From contig NIVC01000106.1 in the NCBI GenBank assembly GCA_002269645.1, forward strand, positions 868,001 through 932,000: 64,000 bases of DNA. Reading direction: 5' to 3'. Source of the stretch: Macrostomum lignano. Its lineage: Eukaryota. The position numbers and the translations under genes were made by a program. Shown here one piece after another: positions 23,131 to 34,000 of this stretch. Positions within the stretch are counted from its first letter, which is position 1; each line of letters begins with the position of its first letter. The notes below the pieces were generated by a model. It did no database searches, was not told the DNA's origin, and saw only the letters and a list, made by a program, of their open reading frames with translations.

Positions 23131-24514
23131 TCAACTATCAGACGATCTCCAAGCCACTCGTCGAAAACCGGCGCAGCATCCGGCTGAAGCAGCCTCATCT
23201 TCGTCTACCTGCTGCTGCTGAGCACTGATGGAGCGGGTCAGCTGCACAGTGTTAGCCGGCCTCACGGGTGTCCGTCCCGATCGGCCATCAACCAGGAGCC
23301 GATGGCTGTAGGTCTTGTAGATGGCACGAATCAGCTGATTGAAAGCGGCTTCAACATGGGTGGTGTCCAGTGCGCTGGTCTCCAAGTAGGACAGGCCATT
23401 GTCGCTAGCAAAATTTGTTGCTTCAGTTGTTGTCACCTGGCGAGCGAATTCCTGGTCGACCTTGTTGCCAACCAGAATCACTATGGACTCTTCGCTGCTG
23501 TTTTGGCGAAGTTCGTCGAGCCAGTAGTTCAGGCTGTCAAAGGAGGCCCGGCTGGAGATTGAGAACACCAGGAGGGCACCCAGGCTGTCGCGGTAGAATG
23601 CCTTCGTCACCGCCCGGAACCGATCTTGGCCTGGGGGGGGGGGCGAGGTTAATTTCTGATCTTCTGATCTTTTGTGATTGACCTACGGATTGTTTGGTGG
23701 CTGTGGCGGATTCAGGATTTTTAAATTGGGGGGACGGATTGGCCCAAAATAAGCCCAAAACAAAAAAACTCCCCTCTTATATGCAAGTCCAGCCCCGGCA
23801 AAAAAAAGAGGGGGGCGGCTGCCTCCTCCCCTGGATCTGCCACTGTTTGGTGGGAAGGATGGGAGAAGGGAGAGAGAGAAGGGGAGAGGGGGGAGGGAGA
23901 GAGAAGGGAAGAGAGGGAAGGGAGAGAGGGAAGGGAGAGAAGGAAGGGAGAGAGGGAAGAGAGAGGGAAGGGAAAGAGAGAAAAGGGAGAGAGAGGAAAG
24001 GGAGAGGAAAGGGAGAGAGGGAAGGGAGAGAGAGGAAAGGGAGAGGGAAGGGAGAGAGGGAAGGGAGAGAGAGGAAAGGGAGAGGGAAGGGAGAGAGGGA
24101 AGGGAGAGAGAGGAAAGGGAGAGGGAAGGGAGAGAGGGAAGGGAGAAAGAGGAAAGGGAGAGGGAAGGGAGAGACGGAAGGGAGAAGAGGAAGGAAAGGA
24201 AGAAAGTGCGATATAGGAGCAGAGGGCTTTAGGTTAGCCAGAAATGACTGTCAATACGTAAAAAAAACAATTCGAATTCAAAAAGGCGCTTCACAAAGAC
24301 AGGAAAAGTACAGTGCAGACTCACCTGCAGTGTCCCAGATCTGACAGCGCACAGTGCGGCCATCCACAGACACAATCTTATTCGAGAACTCGACTCCTAT
24401 AGTAGTCTGGCTTTCTATTCGGAATTCATTCTTAGTAAACCTGCTGATTAGATTCGTTTTACCTACGCCACTGCTGCCGATTACAATAATCTTAAATAGG
24501 CAATCGTATTCCAT
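23131..24514 (-). CDS. RAB11-like: Divergent Rab11-family GTPase (exons 24514-24325, 23630-23131; 229 aa)
   Basis: [52 protein letters not shown]. Phase-1 GT-AG intron. Confidence 0.92.
23701..23845. mobile_element. hAT-type MITE
   Basis: Imperfect TIRs CTGTGGCGGATTCAG / CTGGATCTGCCACTG and perfect 8-bp TSD TTTGGTGG (23693-23700, 23846-23853). Confidence 0.85.
23860..24210. repeat. Polypurine (GA-rich) low-complexity tract in Rab intron
   Basis: Almost exclusively G/A over about 350 nt. Confidence 0.9.
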
Positions 24515-25174
24515 AGTATAGTGTTTTCTGCTATAAAGCTGTCGCTCTTGTTCTTTCTACGTCTCTCTTTTTGAGTCTTGGGACTCAATTTATAAAATTA
24601 AAGTAGATGAAGAAAAAATATAATAGAAATGGAATGAAGGCCCGTACACAGACTGCGCACTGCGGTCAGTGCGTTCAATGATAATTTTGCGGCGAAATAG
24701 AGGTTTGGCCAGCCATTGGCTGGGAAGGCCAGTTCTATTTTTAGAAACTGAATTGTACAGTTGTAGAGTTAATGAGCCAGGCTTATGTACATTTCTGGCT
24801 TTGCTGGTGGGGTTGTGGTCTCACCGAGCGTGGATATTAGGGGGCTTTAGTCATGCCGGCGCAATTAGTTTAGGTCGCGGGACACGCAGGCGGTGGCTTC
24901 TCGCTCGATTATGCTTCTTCAGCACACGGAAAAAATTCGCCGGAGAGGCTGAGATGACTCAACTCCCTGAGACCTTTGCATTGGCTTTACCGTAATTTTA
25001 GTTGTGTGTAACTGATACAATTGCTTATTTTGCAGATTATGCAAATTATTTGTGCCATGGCGCGCTGGTTAATACTGCTTTCATTGTGTTTGACGCAAGG
25101 CTGTCTGGGTTTTGGAGTGCAATTCTTTATTGTGTCTCTGGAGTGGGTGCCAGAGTCACTAGCTAGGGGTTTCC

Positions 25175-25915
25175 GGGGTATTTAGAGAGGTGACAGGGTA
25201 TTTAGAGAGATGACAGGTATTTAAAGAATGGCGACGGGGTATTTAGAGAAACGACAGAGTATTTAGAGTGGAGACAGGGTATTTATAAAGATGACAGGGT
25301 ATATTTAGAGAGTGGTGAACAGGGTACTTAGAGAGGTGACAGGATATTTCAGAGTGGTGACAGAGTATTCAGAGATGACAGGGTATTTAGAGAGATGACA
25401 GGGTATTTAGAGAGATGACAGGGTATTTAGAGAGATGACAGGGTATTTTAGAGAGATGGCAGGTATTTAGAGAGATGACAGGGTATTTAGAGAGATGACA
25501 GGGTATTTAGAGAGATGACAGGGTATTTTAGAGAGATGGAAGGTATTTAGAGAGATGACAGGGTATTTAGAGAGATGACAGGGTATTTAGAGAGATGGCA
25601 GGGTATTTTAGAGAGATGACAGGGTATTTTAGAGAGATGACAGGGTATTTAGAGAGATGACAGGGTATTTAGAGAGATGACAGGGTATTTAGAGAGATGA
25701 CAGGGTATTTAGAGAGATGACAGGGTATTTAGAGAGATGACAGGGTATTTAGAGAGATGACAGGGTATTTAGAGAGATGACAGGGTATTTAGAGAGATGA
25801 CAGGGTATTTAGAGAGATGACAGGGTATTTAGAGAGATGACAGGGTATTTTAGAGAGATGGCAGGTATTTAGAGAGATGACAGGGTATTTAAAGAATGGT
25901 GACAGAGTATTTAGC
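25175..25915. repeat. 20-nt minisatellite (GACAGGGTATTTAGAGAGAT)
   Basis: About 35 copies with degenerate edges. Confidence 0.95.
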
Positions 25916-26519
25916 GAGCTCACGAATGCATACATTTGATTTAGAAATGAAATATATCTATACTCAGTTCTTTGCGCCATGCACTTCGCTTATAGAATAA
26001 TTTCTTGTTTATTGATTTATTGATCGAATCAACGAAAAACTTCGTTTGACATTTGATTGTATTTATTTAGTCGATGTATTTTACTCATTTTCCAGATTAA
26101 AAGCAAAAAAAGAGTCTGAAAAAAACAACTTTATTAAGATGGAATGCCTATTTTTATAGACCGAATCCAAATTGGAATGCTTATAGAGTACTGACTGACA
26201 GTAGCAAGGGAGCGCATTAGGCATCTTTTTTAATGATTAATAAATTCAGGATAAAAATTGCACAGAGGATCAACATGATGTACAAATAATGTCCAAAACA
26301 AATAAATAGCATTTGACTTTGGAGGAAGCATTGAACCTTCGAATTCAGCTGTGCACAACAGAGGGGCGGAAGTGCATGTACAAGCGTGGAATGTTTTTTA
26401 TTAAACAAGAAGGTAAAGAAGAGGTCGCTATTTTTCTGCATAAATCGAATTCTTTTTCAGGCGCTAACTGGTAACTATTAATGGCAAAATGTTATAACCA
26501 TAAATCGCATCAGTGATAG

Positions 26520-28475
26520 CTATTTATGACGCCAACTGATAACTATTTATGGCGCCAACTGATAACTATTTATGGCGCCAACTGATAATTATTTATGGCG
26601 TCAACTGATAACTATTTATGGCGCTACTGATAACTATTTATGGCGCCAACTGATAACTATTTATGGCGCTACTGATAACTATTTATGGCGCCAACTGATA
26701 ACTATTTATGACGCCAACTGATAACTATTTATGGCGCTACTGATAACTATTTATGGCGTCAACTGATAACTATTTATGACGCCAACTGATAACTATTTAT
26801 GGCGCCACTGATAACTATTTATGGCGCCACTGATAATTATTTATGGCGCCAACTGATAACTATTTATGGCGCCAACTGATAACTATTTATGGCGCCAACT
26901 GATAACTATTTATGGCGCCAACTGATAACTATTTATGGCGTCAACTGATAACTATTTATGGCGCTACTGATAACTATTTATGGCGCCAACTGATAACTAT
27001 TTATGGCGCCACTGATAACTATTTATGACGCCAACTGATAACTATTTATGGCGCCAACTGATAACTATTTATGGCGCCAACTGATAATTATTTATGGCGT
27101 CAACTGATAACTATTTATGGCGCTACTGATAACTATTTATGGCGCCAACTGATAACTATTTATGGCGCTACTGATAACTATTTATGGCGCCAACTGATAA
27201 CTATTTATGACGCCAACTGATAACTATTTATGGCGCTACTGATAACTATTTATGGCGTCAACTGATAACTATTTATGACGCCAACTGATAACTATTTATG
27301 GCGCCACTGATAACTATTTATGGCGCCACTGATAACTATTTATGGCGCCAACTGATAACTATTTATGGCGCCAACTGATAACTATTTATGGCGCCAACTG
27401 ATAACTATTTATGGCGCCAACTGATAACTATTTATGGCGTCAACTGATAACTATTTATGGCGCTACTGATAACTATTTATGGCGCCAACTGATAACTATT
27501 TATGGCGCTACTGATAACTATTTATGGCGCCAACTGATAACTATTTATGACGCCAACTGATAACTATTTATGGCGCTACTGATAACTATTTATGGCGTCA
27601 ACTGATAACTATTTATGACGCCAACTGATAACTATTTATGGCGCCACTGATAACTATTTATGGCGCCACTGATAACTATTTATGGCGCCAACTGATAACT
27701 ATTTATGGCGCCAACTGATAACTATTTATGACGCCAACTGATAACTATTTATGGCGTCAACTGATAACTAATTTATGGCGCCAACTGATAACTATTTATG
27801 GCGTCAACTGATAACTATTTATGGCGCCAACTGATAACTATTTATGGCGCCAACTGATAACTATTTATGGCGTCAACTGATAACTATTTATGGCGCCAAC
27901 TGATAACTATTTATGGCGCCAACTGATAATTATTTATGGCGTCAACTGATAACTATTTATGGCGCCAACTGATAACTATTTATGGCGCCAACTGATAATT
28001 ATTTATGGCGCCAACTGATAACTATTTATGGCGCCAACTGATAATTATTTATGGCGCCAACTGATAACTATTTATGGCGCCAACTGATAACTATTTATGG
28101 CGTCAACTGATAACTATTTATGGCGCTACTGATAACTATTTATGGCGCCAACTGATAACTATTTATGGCGCTACTGATAACTATTTATGGCGCCAACTGA
28201 TAACTATTTATGACGCCAACTGATAACTATTTATGGCGCTACTGATAACTATTTATGGCGTCAACTGATAACTATTTATGACGCCAACTGATAACTATTT
28301 ATGGCGCCACTGATAACTATTTATGGCGCCACTGATAACTATTTATGGCGCCAACTGATAACTATTTATGGCGCCACTGATAACTATTTATGGCGCCAAC
28401 TGATAACTATTTATGGCGCCACTGATAACTATTTATGGCGCCAACTGATAACTATTTATGACGTCAACTGATAAC
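26520..28475. repeat. 23-nt minisatellite (GGCGCCAACTGATAACTATTTAT)
   Basis: About 85 copies with recurring variant blocks. Confidence 0.95.
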
Positions 28476-28638
28476 GGCGCCAATATTTTGAATTTTTATA
28501 GTCAATATCTTCAAATTTAACAATATAATTTTTTTCAGATACTAAAATTTACAAAAATGAAATCGGCTGTGTAAAAAACTGCAAGGATTTTAATGCAAAA
28601 ATTCAAAATATCACTACAATGAGCGTGAGTCACGCCAA

Positions 28639-29211
28639 TCAGAGCTCAGTCTCTTTACTCTGCCTATAGGCATCCTGCAAAGTGCGCGGGTTCTGTCTAG
28701 GATAAGCACATCGAGTATTGGACTGAGACAGCAGTCCATTGTAAATCGGGTCTGTGACTAGAAATTCAGGTTTGCCATTGCTTAGTGTACTGACATTGGG
28801 CACGCCTAAAAATGGTTGGCAATGCTGAACGTCGAGGTCGCTATAGAAACCATTGTTATCATAGCAACGGTTGCCAAGATAGATCCGACAGTCGGTCGAC
28901 GGTTGCTGTTTAGGTAGCAAATCATTTTTTGTTTTTATTTTCTTAGAATCAGTTAGTTCCGGCTTTTTTCGCTGCATCGACAATCGGGTTAGTAGCTGGC
29001 CGATTGGGAAATTTCCGGGATGTTCTTCAAACTTGGTTGGATTTTTTTCGCGAACGGGCAGAATTACTCGGTTGAGTTCGTCCGGACTGGCTGGTTTGTA
29101 TCGCTTTCGGCCGGCGAAGCGCATGCACACACAGCAGACTGCCAGGCTGGAGGTAAACACCAGCACCAAAGCGATGGCAGTCAGGCATGAAGTTGCAGCG
29201 ATGGAATACAT
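28639..29211 (-). CDS. 190-aa single-pass membrane protein, unknown function
   Basis: N-terminal hydrophobic helix, CCVC cluster, basic stop-transfer RKRYK, Tyr-containing tail. An acceptor at 29234 is followed by an in-frame TAG, so the ATG at 29211 is the likely start. Confidence 0.65.
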   Translation of the reverse strand: MYSIAATSCLTAIALVLVFTSSLAVCCVCMRFAGRKRYKPASPDELNRVILPVREKNPTKFEEHPGNFPIGQLLTRLSMQRKKPELTDSKKIKTKNDLLPKQQPSTDCRIYLGNRCYDNNGFYSDLDVQHCQPFLGVPNVSTLSNGKPEFLVTDPIYNGLLSQSNTRCAYPRQNPRTLQDAYRQSKETEL

Positions 29212-31030
29212 CAATGCAAAGGCTTTGTGCTAGCTGGAAATGTTTAAGAGATGGTCAGTACTATCTTTAAATGTAAAATTCTGCGATTTTTGCCATTCAA
29301 ATTTTATATAGTTCAAGTACCTTGAGTATTTTGTATTTTTAATGAAAAGTTTTACTACACATAAAAGCTCCGAAAAAAATCCATAAAGAGTAAATAATAA
29401 TATTAAGAACAAGTAAACAAGAATGGAGTATTTTTTGAGTCTTGGAGAGTCAAGACTTGCTATTGCTAAACAGGTTTTTCAGAAAGTCATTGTATAAACA
29501 TAAATAAAAGTTTAAGCAGAATATTTTCATTTCTATGTTTAGGATGGAATGCATATCAGTTGAGCTAAGATATATTCCAGTGATGGATTAAGTAAATTTA
29601 AAAAAATGACTTAACTTCTTTTACTTGACAAAATGCTGTTCAAAATATTTTCAGACTATAAAATAGTATTTGTATCATTTATAAACTTATAGAAAACTTA
29701 ACATTATGACAAAATACTAAGTTTTATGCTGACCATAGACTTAAAAATATAACCTGTAAAAATCTAAATAGCTCCCATATTTTAAAGTAAATAAAACATG
29801 ACTAAACCAGAATTAATGGTTAAAAACGAAATAATAGATAATGCTGCTTAGGTAAGAAACGTGGATTACATGTTAATCATCAACTAAACGAGAGATGAAA
29901 ACTATAGCCCTGAAGCTACGCAAATTGTGTCGTCCTTTTGTGTGTTTTACAGTGTGATTCAGATTTATTATCGGAAGTCAAAGCGATGAATAATACAAAT
30001 GCGAAAACTGTGTGGGTATTTTACGAATAGATAATTGTTTTATACAACATTTAAAGCAAAATAAAAATGATAACAACAATGTTATTTTATTTTTCAGCAG
30101 TGTCTAGCGCAACATTTTTATAATTTGTTTAAACGGAATGTCGGCATAAAATATGGCGGGTCACAGAAAAATATATTTATAAATATAAATTAAATAGAAC
30201 TCACGTGAAATTTATTTATGATAAGATGTGTTTTTAGTTGTGAAGCGCTATCTTAAGGTTCGGATTAAATTTCAGGGTAGCTATACGTACTAGCTCTACT
30301 AGTATAGTTACTGATTCCCATCCGCATCTTTATACACAGCCGTCAATCCCGTCGTAGACAGCTGCGGCTTTGGAATAGAACTTAGAAATGACTAGAAGCT
30401 ACCTCGGAATAGAACCTTGAATTATTAAAATAACGCCTGTACATTACAGACTTAATTAAAAGTCTGTAATGTACAACATGCATTGTAGTATGCCAAGTGT
30501 TCTTCGCGTTAAAGAGAGCTCTATGAATAAAGTTTGGTATACAGTAGGATTAATACATGTACTCGCGATAGTAAATTTTACTTGCATGGTCGACATGAAA
30601 ATGTGTTGTATTGCATACATGCATACTCAGCGGATTTTTAATTCAATTGATAATTTTATTATAGGCTTTCTTAATCTGGCACTAATCATTACTGCCACTT
30701 TTTCCGAATTCCAAAACTTGAAAAAGATAATTTGAAAAAATATTGGGCAAAGTCTCATTTCCTTACACTAAATAAAACTTGAAATTTAAATTGACTTCCT
30801 TGTAGAATAATTATTCGTCTATTTAGATTGTTATCATGCATAACAATAAGTTCTGACAATTTAGAAACTTAAATAGAAAAATCACCTTAATAATCTTGAA
30901 TGCAAAAGTAATCAATTGGCAAAATTACGAGTATAAAGAATTCGATTTGTATCAAGCACAATGGTAGTCAAAGTTAGTCATTCGAATTCGCTCGAATGAT
31001 TAAAAAAAAATAATTGAAGTTTTCCGCAGC

Positions 31031-34000
31031 TCACAGCTTCGACCTTGACAGCCAGTCGAATTCCTGAAATTGATGGACAGAATTTAGTTAGGGCATGCAT
31101 GAGGTGCCAAGCAGTCGCTCCTGGCCAAGCGGACGAACACGTACGAAAGCACTGCCGCTCACGCAGGGTGTTACAGCGGCCATGGCCTTCTCATAGCATG
31201 ACAAGCTACATTGAGTACTTAGCTGCTCAGCTGCAGGAATTGTGAGACAAAACTGCAAAATGACTCAACATTCAGCAGATTGTTTGCGACACAAGTTAAG
31301 CAGAGCTGGCCGTGGTTAGTACAAAGGCGGCCATAGCAGTTTCTCACAATCCAACTGTCAGGAGGGGGCAGTTGACCCCCATCTAACTGCTAGGAGAAGG
31401 GCAGTTTCCCCCATCTAACTGCCAGGAGAAGGGCAGTTTCCCCCATCTAACTGCCAGGAGAAGGGCAGTTTCCCCCATCTAACTGCCAAGAGGGGGGCAT
31501 TTGCCCCCATCTAACCGTCAGGGGGGCAGTTTCCCCCATCCAGCTGTCAGGAGGGGGCAGTTGACCCTCATCTAACAGCCAGGAGGGGGCAGTTTCCCCC
31601 CATCTATCTACCAGGAGGGGGGGGCAGTTGCCCCCATCTATCTACCCGGAGGGGGGCAATTGCCCCCATTTATCTGCCAGGACCCCATCCAACTGTCGGG
31701 GGGGGGCAGTTGTCCCCATCCAACTGTCTTGGGGCAGTTGTCCCCATCCAACTGTCGGGGGCAGTTGTCCCCATCCAACTGTCGGGGGCAGTTGTCCCCA
31801 TCCAACTGTCGGGGGCAGTTGTCCCCATCCACCTGTCGGGGGCAGTTGTCCCCATCCAACTGTCGGGGGCAGTTGTCCCCATCCAACTGTCTTGGGGCAG
31901 TTGTCCCCATCCAACTGTCTTGGGGCAGTTGTCCCCATCCAACTGTCGGGGGCAGTTGTCCCCATCCAACTGTCGGGGGCAGTTGTCCCCATCCAACTGT
32001 CGGGGGCAGTTGTCCCCATCCACCTGTCGGGGGCAGTTGTCCCCATCCACCTGTCGGGGGCAGTTGTCCCCATCCAACTGTCGGGGGCAGTTGTCCCCAT
32101 CCACCTGTCGGGGGCAGTTGTCCCCATCCAACTGTCGGGGGCAGTTGTCCCTGCTATGCGGTGCCATCACCTGCTGCTTGCGCTCCGCCCCAGTATCGAT
32201 GATGGCGTTGATGAGGCAGGGCCGGTCGCGAACCCCGGCGAACTCCGCAAACGCCTGGCGTAGTTCGCCAACGCTGCGCACCAATCGGCCGTAGCCGCCC
32301 AACGCTTCGGCGGCCAAATCGTAGCGACACTCCGAGGTTAGCGACGTCGCCGGCAGGCGAAGGGCAGCCGACGCCGACGAAGCACCGGATGAAGGCGCGG
32401 CGCCGTCCTGCTGGAGCAGCTGGCGAAGGACATCAGCCGGCACGCCGGAATAAATTCCCGAATTGTTGATGACAACAAGCAGCACGGGCATGCGATAGCG
32501 GGCCAGGGTTTCCAGCTCTGCTAGGGAGAACCCGACAGCTGAGTCGCCTTCCAGGCATAAAACTCGACGATGACCAACTCGAGAGTCGCCGATGCACAGG
32601 TCGGCGGCGGCGGCGAAGCCGAGACCGACGCCCATCGTACCGAAGGTGCCGGCGTCCTTGAATAGCGAGGAATGGAGTTTTGACCAAGATAAGGATTTTT
32701 GGGTGCCAGAGTTCAAATGTGGATTTTTTGGTGCTAAAGTTAAAATGGGGATTTTTTGGTGCTAGAGTTCTCGGGTGTGCTAGATTCCAAATGGGGATTT
32801 TCAGGAGTGCTAGATCTCAGGGTGGATTTTCGGATGTGCTAGATCTCAGATGGGGATTTTTTTGTGTGCTAGATTCCAGATGGGGATTATCGGGTTTGCT
32901 AGCTTCCAAATGGGGATTTTCAGGAGTGCTAGATCTCAGGGGGGATTTTCAGGAGTGCTAGATCTCAGGGGGGATTTTCGGGTGTGCTAGATCTCAGATG
33001 GGGATTTTTGTGTGTGCTAGATTCCAGATGGGGATTTTCGGGTATGCTAGATTTCAGATGGGGATTTTTGGGTGTGCTAGATCTCAGATGGGGATTTTCG
33101 GGTGTGCTAGATTCCAAATGGTGATTTTCGGGTGTTCTAGATTTCAGATGGGGATTTTTGGGTGTGCTAGATCTCAGATGGGGATTTTTGGGTGTGCTAG
33201 ATTACAAATGGTGATTTTCAGGAGTGCTAGATCTCAGGGGGGATTTTCGGGTGTGCTAGATCTCAGATGGGGATTTTTGTGTGTGCTAGATTCCAGATGG
33301 GGATTTTCGGGTATGCTAGATTTCAGATGGGGATTTTTGGGTGTGCTAGATCTCAGATGGGGATTTTCGGGTGTGCTAGATTCCAAATGGTGATTTTCGG
33401 GTGTTCTAGATTTCAGATGGGGATTTTTGGGTGTGCTAGATCTCAGATGGGGATTTTTGGGTGTGCTAGATCTCAGATGGGGATTTTCGGGTGTGCTAGA
33501 TCTCAGATGGGGATTTTCGGGTGTGCTAGATCTCAGATGGGGATTTTCGGGTGTGCTAGATTCCAAATGAGGATTTTTGTGTGTGCTAGATTCCAGATGG
33601 TGATTTTCGGGTGTGCTAGATCTCAGATGGGGATTTTCGGGTGTGCTAGATCTCAGATGGGGATTTTCGGGTGTGCTAGATCTCAGATGGGGATTTTCGG
33701 GTGTGCTAAATTCCAAATGAGGATTTTTGTGTGTGCTAGATTTCAGATGGGGATTTTCAGGTGTGCTAGATTTCAGATGGGGATTTTCAGGTGTGCTAGA
33801 TCTCAAAGGGGGATTTGTTGGTGTGCTAGATCTCAAAGGGGAGATTTTCGAGTGTGCTAGATCTCAAATGGGGATTTTTTGGGATGCTAGATTTCAAATG
33901 GCGATTTTCGGGGCGCTGGTACCAAACATGGATTTAGGGTATTTAAACAGAGTTGAGCTTTAAATTTAGAAATATCGATAGATGACGAGAGTCGAAGCTC

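Noticed and set aside
26520-28475. CRISPR-like array
   Set aside because: Monomers are contiguous with no unique spacers, there are no cas genes, and the context is eukaryotic
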